Source: Vicugna vicugna (Eukaryota). Taken from it: a stretch of DNA of 64,000 nucleotides. The stretch spans positions 852,234-916,233 of the forward strand of contig MU058669.1 in assembly GCA_013265495.1 (NCBI GenBank). Reading direction: 5' to 3'. Positions 14,621-28,158 of the stretch are shown one piece after another; the stretch's first letter is position 1, and each line of letters begins with the position of its first letter. Below the pieces are notes generated by a model that was not told the DNA's origin, made no database searches, and worked only from the letters and a program-made list of their open reading frames with translations. A program made the translations under genes and the position numbers.

Positions 14621-16771
14621 TGGGTGGTCCTTGATGCATCCCCCTTCCATCCCAGGGAGTCAACATATATACACATAACTCTTCTTCTATTGGTCCATCC
14701 ATACGTCCATCCACCCACCCATCCACCACTTGACATCCAGCATCTACCACTCATGAGACTTTATGTTAGGACACACAGTGCTGAACTAGACAAGCCCCAA
14801 CCTCAAGGACCGTCACCTTGACAGTGGGAGAGACCAACACCGAACCAGTCAATTACACTTCTGTATAAGTGTGGTGGCAGAGATGAGTTTAGGGTGCAGG
14901 CAGGGACACCTAACCCCAACAGATAGGGACCTCAGAGAAGGCTTCCAAGAGGAAGCGCCAGCTTTGACAGGGAAAGATAAGCAGGGATCAGCCAGGAGAG
15001 GGGTATGGTGTAGCTGCTGGTGCATAAAGAAGGTTCCAGGTAGCAGGGAGAGTGGCAGCAAAGACCTGGCTAAGAGAGAAGAGCCGCAGCACATTCAGGG
15101 AACCCTGCCAGAGTGTCAGATTCTGACGTTCCTGCCTGCAAGAGATTCTGTAGCAGAATGTTTCCAACAGTCAGAGCGAGTGTAAAAGGAGGCCAGGAAT
15201 TCCCTCTCGGGGAGGCAGGAGGGCAGGCATTGGTGAGGGCAGGAAAACCCACACGCTGTGTGGCACAGGCTGTCCAATTCCATCCTCGCTTTGCCCAAAT
15301 GTCTTTGATAATCACCCCTGGTAAAGGCACCATCCACTTAGTATCAATAAATCTCCCAGCCCTGGGCACTCGCCCTGACAGCTCTCTCCCAGGAAGGGAA
15401 CTCCTGGTATTAGCAACTCCCTTTTTATTGTCACTTCATTTAAGTCCTCACACTGACATTTCTCCTTGGCTCCTGACTTCAGTCCCTGGAAATGTGGCAG
15501 CTTCATTCTAAATAGTGGGTAATGAGGCTTCAGGACAGCTTCATTCTGGGGAAGGGAGACAGAAAGCGTGTGTGTGTAGGTGAGGGGTACTTTTAGACAC
15601 TCATCCTGCTCCTCGAATAATTCTGTTCTTACAGATGGGAGTGACCTTCTTGATCTGACTTTAACCTTGGGACATCAAATGTGCTTTATGTCTGTCACTC
15701 AGAGGACAATAAGAGTGCTCCTCCAGCCCGTTCTACTCCCTTGCGTGCACGATCTAAGAGTGCCATGCAATGAATTACCAAAACAGAAATGAATTGTCCC
15801 CATCCCCAATAACCAAAAATCATTCAGGGTGCTGAGATATGCCCAGGGCTTCTCTGTCATTTATTAGATAAAATCTTATTGTTCATTGGTTTAAGCCAAT
15901 GAACGTTTATTGAGCACCAGAAACTAATGTTGCCAGAAAATTGAGATGTAGAGATGATGCAAGACAGACGTGTTTTCTGCCCTCTCAGAGCTTAGACCAG
16001 GAGTTCAGTTTAACATTAATGGAAAGAAAGGATTTTTTGAGAGAGTAAAAAGGGGGTTAAACATAGAACAAATGATCATAACTCCCATTATAGCTAGTGC
16101 TTACTGAGCACTTACTATAGGCACGCACGATGCTAAGCACCTTGTGTCAGTATTCAGGTAAAGGGGCCAGTTTATCCAAAGGCACTGAGGTGAGAGAGAG
16201 GAGGGGATCTTAGAGAAACTGTAGAAAAGCCAGGACACCTGGGGCAGGATGTGGCACAGAACTGGAGGTGGGGGGCACCAGGCTGCCAAGGGCCTTGCCA
16301 GGACTGGGGAGTTAAGCCACCATGTCAGTGCTGCACTTCCTTTGGCTTTGGATTCATCTCAGCTTCTTGGGGCCTCTCTTCACCCTGGCCCTGGAGCCCA
16401 GTTGGGACATGGCAGCAAAGGGAGATGCAGAAGGGGAGGCATCCTCCCCTGATCAGACTCGTGTGCTAATTATGTGACACTAGTATTAATTACCAGGCAC
16501 TGAAAGCCAATGAGATGTGACACTATGCGAGAATTAGATAAAGGCTGGGCTGGAATTAGACTCACCTTGTGGGCTGACATATAAAACCAGGGCCAGGGAG
16601 AAGGACAAATAGAACTTTGACTGATGGATCATAGGTTCCAGTGCCTGACGTGGGTTTGGAAAAGCAAATGCAAAGAAGCAAATCTAGGAGTATGAACAAC
16701 CCCCTTCCCCTCTCTGGGCTGCATTTTCCCCATCTGGACAGTGGAGTTCACAGTAAATCAGTGTTTCTCAA

Positions 16772-16803
<32 letters not shown>

Positions 16804-16838
16804 AAGAGAGAGAGAGGGAAGGAGAGAGGGAGGGAGAA
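16772..16838. repeat. (GT)n(GA)n compound microsatellite
   Basis: Seen directly. Confidence 0.9.
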
Positions 16839-18144
16839 ATACCTCTAATAGAACTTTTATACTCATTGGAGATGTGTAGTTCTACAGATGGGGATTTCTT
16901 CTTTCTTCCATCCATCTTTCTTGTATCTATCTACCCATCCACCTGTCCAATGGATGTTAACTGCACATGTGGTGCATGTTAGACAGTGGTGGTTCAGGGG
17001 GATGCAGCACTGGATAAGAAGACAAGAATCCCCTGTCATGGAGCTTAGGATCTAGAGCAGGGAGAGAGATGGTGTACACATCAGCAAGATCATTTTACTG
17101 TGTTACGAAGCAATCACATGGGATAATGTGAGAGTGACTGACGGGGCAACTTTAGATGAGATGGTGAGGGAGACGCTCTCTGTGGTACTAACATTTGAGC
17201 TGAGAAGTGAACCATAAGAAGGAGCTGGCCAGGCAAAGGTCCAGGGAAGCAGTTTCAGGCAGAAGGAACCATCAGGACCGGGGTCCGGTGAAGACAGCCA
17301 TTCGTCTTGTGACATGGGGTGTGGTGGAAAGGTGGCCACCCCCTTGCCCATCATGCACCACAGATTCGTGGGGAACTTGGAGCTAAACTGTTCATAGCCA
17401 GCCTGCTCTGAGTCAGGGTTTTGTACATAGCAGAGCACCCCCACTGTGATCTATTGGAAGTACAAAGGCTTTTTATAACAAGATTCAGGAAAAAACTGAT
17501 GAGTTTGAGAAACAGAAAGAAGGCCAGCATAGATGTAATGTAGAAAAAAGGAGAAAAGCAGTAGAGATGAAGGTGAATAAAAACTGATCATATAACTCTC
17601 GGAGTAAACTTAATGCTCCCCTAAGGTACATGTACTTCATGTGTGGCTTGGGCACTGCAGGGCTCTGGAGCATCGGCTGGGTCTGAGATGGCCAGTACTA
17701 GCTGATCCTACCAGACCTTTCGGCTCTAACATCCTGTAGCTCAAGGCAGTGGAGGAGAGACACGTAGAGGGGCAGGTTGTTCTGACTTAATGGAAAATGG
17801 GAAAGGGAATATCTTCTGACACGGATGTAACGGGGCTGCGACCATGGAACAGGGCGTCCGCTGGGTTCTAGTGCAGACACTGCTGTTCTTGGATGTGTCT
17901 AGGCTTGCTTTAGGCTCTGGGGCTTCACTCATGCTCTTGCTCCAGCCTGTACAGCCTTCCCAACTTCTGCCTTTTCCCTCTCCAGTTCTTTCCATTCTTT
18001 AAACATTGAGCTCAAATGCCACTTCTTCCACGAAGTTCTTATGCCTCCCCATTCCTAGCTGTGTTTAAAGGTCTCTGTCCTTCTTTCACATGTCCATGGA
18101 AGTTTGTGCCTCTTATCCACTTTTATCCAGCACTCATGCTTTAT

Positions 18145-18543
18145 TAATTTGAATTCTTTGATTGCAAGAACAGAAATTAATGCATGCTAACTAAAGACAA
18201 GAAGAAGAAAGGATGTGAGGGACTCTCCAGCTTGAAGACGGGACCTTGGAGAAGACAGAAACTACATCAGCTCTGGGAATCTAGCTGTGAGGATTTCATG
18301 GACATGTCTCAGAGTGTCACCATTGCTCCAGCCATTTGTGATAACTGTCCCATACAGCTGAAGACTGGCCTTATTCAGGGTAGGAGTCATCCCTTAGTCA
18401 AGGGAAGGCAGAGAAACTAGCTGATTATCTTACTAAGATTCAGTAACCATCTTACTAAGATGTCAGCCAAAGGAAAATGGATACATTGAGGACATAGAGA
18501 AAGATGGAGGTCAGCCATATCAAACTAACAGATGCCTACTACA
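18145..18543 (-). mobile_element. Ancient MaLR LTR (MLT1J/K/L-like)
   Basis: ctttgattgcaagaacagaaa...ctaactaaag start and ...aactaacagatgcctactaca end resemble old MLT1 LTRs. Confidence 0.55.
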
Positions 18544-20309
18544 TTTCTATTTGCCAGTATTTTATAATATAATTAAAAGCCTGAGATCATGTTAGGAGCT
18601 CTATAAATGTCACATACATCTAAACACAAAGGTTAAGTAAGGAGCTATGTCTAATTCAGTCTTCGTTGCCTGTCTCCTATGGGTTAGACACTGTGGAGTA
18701 GAGTGGGAATAAGACAGATGATGTCTCTGCCTTCATAAAGCTTATTCTTTATAGTCCCTAGAGGGCATCACACAATGATGACACAATATTCTGGTAAATG
18801 AGAGAAAGAGGAATGAATGAATGAATGCAAATCATTTACCTATATTAATCTGTTGATACTGTTCTTGACAATTGACCTAATCTTGCTTCCACAGCATTTC
18901 TTGCATTGGGTGGACTCATTAGTTTTCCTTTGTGTTATCAAATGACTTGTGTATTTATATCTTTTCATCCACAGTTGATGTGTAAGCTCCCTTGAAGGCA
19001 GAGGTCCTTCAACTCTTATTTTTCTTGGTACGTGCAATGTAAAGTATCCGAGGCAGAGCTGGGTGGGGAATGAGCATAAGTGCTTGGCGATGTTACTTGT
19101 TTCACAGTCTTCTAAGTTAAGCTGACCATGTAGCAGCCATGAACTTGAGGGATATGCCGTATTGCCCACCCCTCATCCAACCTCCCCATGCTCAGCCCCC
19201 TGGACTCTGTCACTCACTCCCTGTTATCTTAGGCCAATAGAGAGTGAGAGCCATGATCTCAGGCTGGCATCCGAAACCCAGCCAACCTTAATGTATTCCA
19301 CCCACAACACCCAGCCTCCTTAGCCAGCGCTCCCTAGGCAAGAAGGTTTACATCCCATTACATAACTCAACCCTGAGGACGTCGAAAGGATTCAGAACGA
19401 GGGCGCTCCCACCCTGCACAGCAAACTGCTCAGCATCACTAGCACCAGGTAGTCTCATGGGAAGAGGACCTTTCAGAGAGATTTCGTATAACCACACACA
19501 TATGTATGTGTGTGCTGTCCTCCCAGACCTATCGCTTAACCCAAGAACAGTCGGCTCATAGACTGTTAGTGCTAAAGGGTACCTGGTCTGAGGGCCTATT
19601 AGCCTAGAGAAAAGCCTCCTCCTAGACAGCTCTGACTGACTCCACTTTGAAGTCTATTGAATTTACATGTGCTGGGAATATGCAGAACCTGGTGTCAAGG
19701 GTATCACTAACCACAGGTAGACCCCCTCCCTCACACAATGTCGGCATCCTGCCCACTACCTGTCTGTTCTGGGTGGCTGCCACTAGCTGGGGAAAACACT
19801 ACTCTTCTTATTTATTATTATAGTTATGTCACCTCTTCAGTGTTTACTGTGTGCCAAATTCTGCTCTAAGCGCTATCATTTATGCCTCACAACAGCCCTA
19901 TAATTCTTCTTTTCCTATTTCATGCATGAGGAAGCGGAAGTTCAGGGAGATTAATTAATTTTTCACAGTCATTCATGTGATAAGTGACAAAGCTGGGATG
20001 TACATCCAGCTCTGTCCCACTCCCCGGCCTGTGCCCTGAACCATGTTAACTCTGTCCCCTGACAGTCTGTCATCACAAACCAGAGCTTTCATTCCCTTGA
20101 TAATAACGCCAGCCAACACTGTGCGCTTCCTGTGTGACAGGGACTCCGCTATGTGCTTTCCATGAATTGCTCGCTTACCATTACCATCCCCATTTTTTGG
20201 AGAAGCTGAGGCTAATTAACTGGCCCAAGGTCAGACAGCCTCTCAGTGGATGATTCAGAATCCGGACAGAGGATTTCCAACTTCAGAGCCGTCACTCTGA
20301 TCCTCTGTG

Positions 20310-20510
20310 CCAGGTTTCAGCAACTTCTGCAAAGGAGCAAATAGTAACTGTCCTAGGCTTTGAGGGTCCCACAGTATCTGCTGTAACTGCTCTCTGCAGC
20401 TTTTCTAGCACAAAAGCAGCCAAACACTGTATGTAAATAGCTGGGTGGGAAATTTTACATACAATGTAAACCTTTGTTACAAAGACAGGCATTGTGCTGG
20501 AACCAGTGGT
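20310..20510. mobile_element. hAT-Charlie MITE (MER58-like)
   Basis: cagg..tcagcaacttctgcaaaggagcaaatagtaac...ctaggcttt...aaaagcagcca...acaaagacaggc. Confidence 0.7.
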
Positions 20511-22276
20511 GGGCTCCTTCTCTAAGCGATCCTTCTACTGCATTGCAAGAAGGGTGAAGCGTTACATTTTGATAGAGGTCATAATAGCTCATAGTGTATT
20601 ACACCATTTTTAAATCGCTCACATCGGTTTTCTCTTGGGAATACCGAGTGAGGCAGGTCAGGCAGGAATGATGGCCTTTGAGCCTGCGTTCAGATGAGGA
20701 ACCAAGGATCGTGCACCTGGGGAACGATGGATACAGGTGTGAGACCGTGTCTTCCTTTCCACGTCTCGTGGTTCTTCTGCAGTCGCTCTGTATTCACACT
20801 GTGGGGAGGGAAGGGGAAAGGAACCCAGAGAGGGTCAAAGTCAATCACTGACACCCTGATATGACTGAGGCCGCTGCTTGCTGGTTCTGTCCAAGAGCCA
20901 ATGGGGCACTTAAGCTCACAGAGTCCACTTGAAATGTTGACACAGGCAGTAATACACCAAGTAGGTGGGGTGGTTGTGAGTTCCAGGCGTCCTCTCCTAT
21001 GCACTGGCTGGCTTTGGGCTAAAGGAGGCTGCGCCACTTCCTCATGGCCAAAGGTGTCTCTGATGAGATAGCAGGGGAACTCAAGACTTGGGAGGGCAGG
21101 TGCTTTCAGAGGTTTATTTTAAAAATCGGTATGTACCAGAAGATGACAGTATTGTGGATGGACCCTATAAGGCCAGGTCTCAGGCACACATGGAGGCTTA
21201 GTCAGAAGTGCTGGGTCAGGGGCTCATTCTGGGGCTGGGCTGAAGGGCTGGACAAGGTTTGAACTTGGATTTGAGACCGAGGTCAAGGCTCATTTTGGGG
21301 TTGGGTCCCGGGGCTGAGATGAAGGCTGCAGAGCAGGGCTGGCGTGAGTGCTCACTCACCTTCACTTGGGGGTAAAAGGTGGGGCTCACTGAAGAGTCCA
21401 AGCAGGGACTCCGTCTGCCTAGCTCTGCCTTTGGGCAGCCTTTGGGAACTAGCATAGTAACTGACCAGAGCAGAATGAACTTTCGCTGCAGGGAACACCA
21501 GGCAAATCAGTCATGGAATGAAACCAGACTTGCCCTTTGACTGTGTTCATTCTGTTCCCTGGGTGAGTGGGAAAAATATTTGATTTCTCATTTGCTTTTG
21601 TTTCCCTATGAAAATCATACATATAAATGGATTTTCATAAGCCAAGTGGAAAGCTTATAATGCACTGCACACCCATGAACTTGACTGGCACCTGTCAATC
21701 AAAGCAAAGTTTTTCCGATCTGCAGATGATTGCCTGAGGGTGCCCCAAATCAGTGAAATTCATTTTTCCAGCTGGGGTGTATCTAGTGAGGAGGTGAAAG
21801 GACAAAAATGAAAGATGAACTAAGGCTACAGAAATAAGAGCTTCCAGCTCTCAGAACCGAATGACACCACCAGAAAACCAAATTCCACCTCATCTCATAT
21901 CTGAATTCACTCCTGACCCCTGCCCTTGGCTGATTTCTTGAGCTGAACACTAACCAAGTGGGGCCGTGGATACAGAAGAAAAGCTCAGTCCTTTTGTCTT
22001 TCCCACCTGCTCTTCGAATCCATGATCTCAGAAAAGCATACTGAGAATACAGAATTTTAAACAAATGCTCAACCAGTAGAGTCTTACTAAAAATGTGTAC
22101 TTGCCTTTCCATTCCAACGGGGGTGCAAAGATCAATCAAGAATCTACCAATGAGGGTGCACTGAAATTTAGGGCTGCCCAGCCCCTCTCTCTCCAATCAC
22201 ACCTGCTCCCAGGCCACGCCCTCTCTGCCTCGCTTCATACTGGTTTTTTACCTTTCAGGACAGTCCAAACTTTTTT

Positions 22277-22574
22277 CTATTTCATTTTCTATCTATCTAT
22301 TTATTTATTATTTTATTGAAGTGTAGCTGATTTCAAATGTTAGTTTCAGATATATAGCAGAGTGATCCAGTTATACACATATGTGTTTTTTTTCAGATTC
22401 TTTTCCATTATAGCTCACTACAACTGCATACAGTTCCCTCTGCTATACATTAGGTCCTTGTTGTTTATCTATTTTATGTATAGTGGTATCTGTTAATCCC
22501 AAACTCCTAATTTATCCTTCCCCACCCCTTCCCCTCCCTTTAGCAACCGTTGGTTTGTTTTCTATGTCCGGAGG
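22277..22574 (-). mobile_element. 5'-truncated artiodactyl L1 3' end
   Basis: Reverse of ...ctacacttcaataaaa tail; perfect 11-bp TSD caaactttttt (22266-22276 / 22575-22585). Confidence 0.88.
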
Positions 22575-24532
22575 CAAACTTTTTTGCCTTAGGGGTTTTA
22601 CACATGCTGTTCTCCCCTAGAAAGCTCTTCCAACCCTCTTCATGCAGCTCACTCCTTATTCTTTAGGACACAGCTTTAGTGTTCTTTCTTCAGAGATGCC
22701 TTCTTGAAAGTATACTCCTGCCCTTTTATTTATTTACTTTTTTGTGGCACCTTATTTCCATCACAGCTTATCCCTGTCTTTAATTATCCTCTTTAGTGGT
22801 TTTGCTTGTGTAATTTCATTTCCCCAAATACAGCGGGGATCATGACTATTTCATCTCCCACTCCAGTCCTAGTGTCTAGCACAGTACTTTGCAGGAGGGA
22901 GGCACCAAAACATTTGCTGAATGGAATGGATGAATGAATGACCAATGACCAGACAAACTGCTGGTTCTCTGTATGACCTTCCGCAAGTTATTTCCCGCCT
23001 TTGGAGTTTATTTCCTCATTTGTAACAGAAGTGATATTCAATCAGCTCTAACACTCTTCTACCGCTAAAAAACACACATTTTCTTATTTATCGCTTGACA
23101 GATTGGAGAGTTGAGGCATAAAAAAAACCAAGCTGTCCAGAAGACTCAGGCGTCTCAGGTCTCCTAGGCAATTTCTACCAAATGAGTCTTTTTAGCAGAA
23201 GCCCACCTGCCTTCTCTGCAGAGATGCCCCCACCCCCACCCTGCGCCAACCACCTCTTGTATTTTGTTGCCTTTGTACCAAAATTTGAATCACTTCTCAA
23301 GGTTTCTCAAAACATGGGGTGACACAGCTCCTGCTAAGAAACAGTCCAGGTGCCTTGAATTCTAGAAGAGATTCTGCGAATAAAATGTCCAGGAATGTTC
23401 TTTCTGTCTGTCTCCACTAAATTAAGATCGAGGTGTGTGTGTGGCGGGGGAAAGGCTGAGATTTGGACTAATTCTGGGGAAAACAGTGAGTGAGGAAGGA
23501 GGGAGTAGAAGGCACAGGCACAGACATAATGTAGAACTGCTGAGAGCATTTGAGGAAAGCGTGAGTGAACATGAAGCTAATGTACTAGTTTTGTTTTTTT
23601 GTTTTTTGTTTTTTTTTTGCTTTTGTGTACTGCACCCACAGAGCTCCACATGGGAGAGCCACACTGGCCCTGTCCACCTCTCAAGCCTCATTCTGAACAG
23701 TCCACTGAATGCTGGAGGCTACAATGCTGTGTGCAGCAAGCCGTTTCCTTCTGGGTCTCCATGGTTCTGCACACATTCCTCAAAAATGCCCCTCAACACT
23801 TGAAAAACTCCTACACAACCTTCAAGACCACAATCAGAGATGTCAGCTTCACTTGGAAGCCTTCCAACTCTCCCAGATAAAACTAATTACTTCTTCCTCT
23901 GAGTTTCTAGTGCACTTTCTTCCTTACTGCTTATCTTGATATTCTATGGTTCAACATTTTCATGTCTGTCTCTTCATTAGACTGTGAACTTCTGCAGGGT
24001 AGGGCTGGGTCTCATTTGTGTTTGAAGTCTCAGAGCCTAGCCCTGGTCTTGATATAGTAGAAGCTCAGTAGTTACTGAATACGTCTTGGTTTTCCCATCT
24101 GTGAAATGAGGACGATGACACCTGTCTTACCTGCTGTGAGATTACCAAAGTCCTAAATTCACTATACAGTGTAGTAAGCCGTCATTTTATTCAAATTGAT
24201 CAAACCCAAATGTGATGTGGACCAGACAGGACATTATTATTCATTTTATTCAGGTAAACTTCCAAGGGTTAAGAGGCTTGCTCTGACTTGCACAGCCAAT
24301 AAACATCAAACTTGAAAAAGAAAACCAACTTGCTTGAATTCTGGTAGGGTTTTTTTCCCCCCATAAGATCACAAATGCATTTTAAAAATTGGCTGTAAGT
24401 TCAGCCACGCTGATTGATTGACTAAAGAAAACACGGATATAAGTCCTTCTAAAGATGCCACAAACGTAGCTACTACTACGACTACCCACCACCCTCCACC
24501 GTGGCTTGTGCTCTGTCACGCTCACCCTGCAT

Positions 24533-24872
24533 AGAGACACCCTCCGTATCTGTATCTGTGGGTTCCACATCCACAGAGCAACCAATTGTGGATTGAAAAT
24601 ATTTGGGGGAAAAAATCTGGGAAGCTCCAAAAGCAAAACTTGCACTTGCTGCATGCCACAACTCTTTACGTAGCACTTGCATTGTATTTACAACCATTTC
24701 ACAACATTTATAGTATCGTATTCGATATTGTAAGTAATCTAGAGGTGATTTAAAATATACGGGAGGATGTGCAAATACTATGCCATTTTATAAAAGGGAC
24801 CTGAGCATCCTTGGATTTTGGTATCTGAGGAGGGTCCTGGAGCCAGTCCCCTGTGGATACTGAGGGATGACT
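24533..24872. mobile_element. TcMar-Tigger MITE (MER2-like)
   Basis: TIR-like ends ccctccgtatc...gatactgagggatgacta with internal gtaagtaatctagaggtgatttaaaatatacgggaggatgtgc and gagcatccttggattttggtatc. Confidence 0.85.
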
Positions 24873-27066
24873 ATAATACTGACTGCATTTTGTTACTTCC
24901 TTTATCACTTTTCTTTATTCCTGCCTCCACCCTGCCCTTTTTCCTGGTTTCCCACCCTCATCTGTTCTTCCCATGGCAGCCAGAATGTTCTTTTGAAAAT
25001 GGAGAGGGGTCCTGTCAATACCGTCCTGCTGAGCCCCCAAGGGGGTCCTCATCATACTGTCAATAATGTTTATACTCTTTGCATGACCTCTGAGGGTCCG
25101 CCTTGTCTGAACCCTGCTGACCTGAAGAGTTTCATTCATCCTCTCCCTTTCCCTCATCCACTGCTGCAGCTCCTCCCACATACCAGCCCCCACCCCCTTG
25201 CTGTTCCCTCTGCCTGCAACTCTTCGGCTCAGTTGGCATCCTCCCATCTTCCAAGGACCACCACCCACTGTTGTCTGTCACTGTACTCAGTTTGTTTCTT
25301 TCACAGCACTTTAATCAAGTTGTACTTGCAGTAGACACCTTTTTACCTGGTGGAATGGGGACTGTGATCATATTATTTGGAAAAAGATGGTTAAAAGATG
25401 ATTATCTGGAAAAGATTGTTTTTGTGTGTGTGTGGCTTAAGCAATAAGGCCTTCATTACTGCCTTTTACTTCCAAAAGATGATTAAAAGAGAATCACAAA
25501 ATATGATTCATAGCAGGTATTTCTTTTAGCTTAAAACACTTAAGTGCACATGTATTTATCCATCTTTTGATATAGTGGGAACTTGAAGACAGTTGTAAAC
25601 GTAAGTGCAAAATTTGTGTGTGTGTTTTTCCCCCAGACTTTTATAGCGGTCTTGCCTACACTGAGTATTAGTGTTTTTACTGATTCATCTTTGAGCCTTT
25701 CAAAAGCATTTAAGTTAGTTTCCAAAGAAATAAGACCACGTTTTTTTGCACTGATATTTCACCAGTACATAATTTTTAGTTATATTGCAAAAATAAAATA
25801 AAAACACAGAAGTATAAATAGGTTTGGAAACAAATGGAGTTGATTCCTACTACACCTTGAACAAAGTTGATGTGAGCAGAAACATATGGGCTGCTCAGAG
25901 AAGAGGCTACTGACCAGAAGCTGTCAACTCACCAGGGGCATCAGGTGTGGTGTCTGTAGAGATAATGGAGAATGCAGGTCAATCCAAAGAGACGGTTGAA
26001 TGGAAGTTGGTTGTGAGAAGCTTCACTGCATCTGGTTGATTATTGGCTTGTTGATTATCTTTCCCTATTTTAGGCTGTAAGTTTGTGAGGACAGAGCCTC
26101 TTTCTTCTTTTCCAGCATGCCTACCCAGCACATAGCATAAATCCTTAGCATTTGAAGTACAGTCAATGCCAAGTAAATGAATTAACAGGTGAGTGGGCTA
26201 TTGCCCTTCTTAAGTGAAGAATTTTGTTTACTCAACTGTGAGAGATCAAGCATAGACTATGAATGCATGGTCATTTTCAGATCCAAACTCTGTTACCACT
26301 AACCACATCCAACAAACACCTCTATGCTTCAAATTCTCTTTTTCTCTGTACAGTCTGCACATACTTTACAGCATTGTGTTACTGACCTCCCTCATACACA
26401 CACCTCGAACAACCACTACAGCCGTGTCACTACCTACCCTCCCACCTGGGGCCATTGTTTGTTTAGGACGACCCCCTCCCCCATTGCCTCTTCCAAGACA
26501 TGTAAGGAGGTGGCAAAGTCACTTTGGGCAGTGATGCTGGAGCTGCTGGATTTGTTTCTTTGGGGTGTTTTGAGCATAGGTAGGAGGGACCTATTTCACC
26601 CTGAAGGTCTGAGTGGAGAGCTTGGATCTGCCTTACTCAAGAAATTGGGCAAAACTTCTCCCCCTGCCTTGCATTGCTTTGGGTTGGTCTTTTCTGGTCC
26701 CCACAGTGCTGAGATCCATAGAGCCAAGACTAGGTGAGCACCTCAAGGAAAGAAGCATTCATGGGTTCTTCAGCTTACAGAAGCTGTGGTTTGATGCAAC
26801 AGCCACAAGATAATAATCATTGGGTTTCGATTTTTTTTTCCCTTCAATTTATTCCTTAGCATCTCTCCCTTTCTTATCTAAGGAGAGAGAGGGGCTGTTT
26901 GAGGATTTGGGGATTCTGGTTACCAGCATAATAGCAGTGTCAACAAATGATGATGATGGTAATTCCTGATATTGCATATGATTGAGCCCTTTAATGCTAG
27001 GAACTAGACTACATGTTTTATATTAATTAACAGTTTTCATCTTTGTAACAGTCCTGGAAGGTATCC

Positions 27067-27097
27067 ATCATCATCATCACCATCATCATCATCATCG

Positions 27098-27137
<40 letters not shown>
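27067..27137. repeat. (CAT)n(TAT)n compound trinucleotide microsatellite
   Basis: Seen directly. Confidence 0.92.
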
Positions 27138-27648
27138 TTTATAAAAAAATGACTGAGGTACAGGTAGGTGGAGGTCACAGAACTGATAAAGGCAGAGCTA
27201 GAATTCAAACCTATGTATGTTTGATCCCACAAGGTGAGTTCTATTATGCCATTATGCTAAAGTGCCTTGCCCTGTATCTAACCTAACATTCACTAAGTAA
27301 TGAACACATTGACTCAACACACCATATGTGATACAGTACGGCGAAAACAGGAAGTAAGGCCCCTGCCTTTAAGAGGGACATTCTAATGTGATGAGGAAGA
27401 CAAGCTCATGAACCACTAACAAAAAACAGACACGAGAAAATGAAATAAATTCTACCATAGACAGACAGCATGTTCTGCACATTGAGAGGAAAGGACAATT
27501 CCTTCTTAAGACTGAGACCAAGGTGGACCTGGAACCTAGCCTTCCTTCCCATTAGAGCTCAGGTGCAGCTTTGGAATCCTCCTCGGCCTGGTCACCACCA
27601 CCGAACAGCTGGAGCTGCCATGTGAGATTAAAAGCTTTTACTTCCTTG

Positions 27649-28158
27649 TAAAGAAGCTGTGGTATTTATATACACAAGGGAATACTTCTCAGCCATAAAA
27701 AACAATAAAATAATGCCATTTGCAGCAACATGGATGAAACGAGATCATCATTCTAAGTGAAGTAAGCCAGAAAGAGAAAGAAAAATTCCATATGATATCA
27801 GTCATATGTGGAATCTAAAAAAAGAAAAAAGAAGACGCTAATAAACTTATCTATAGAACAGAAACAGACTCACAGGCATAGTAAACAATTTTATGGTTAC
27901 CGAGGGGAAAAGGGGTAGGAAGGAGTAAATTGGGAGTTCCAGATTTGCAAAGACTAACTACTATATATAACATAGATAAACAATAAGTTTCTTCCATATA
28001 GCACAGGGAACTATATTCAGTATCTTGTAGTAACTTATAATGAAAAAGAATATGAAAAGAAATGTATGTATGTATGTATATGTATGACTGAAACATTATG
28101 CTGTACACCAGAAATTGACACAGCAATGTAAACTGACTATACTTCAATAATTTTTTTA
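27649..28158 (+). mobile_element. 5'-truncated artiodactyl L1 3' end
   Basis: aataaaataatgccatttgcagcaacatggatg...acagactcacag...tgctgtacaccagaaattgacac...ctatacttcaataa. Confidence 0.9.
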
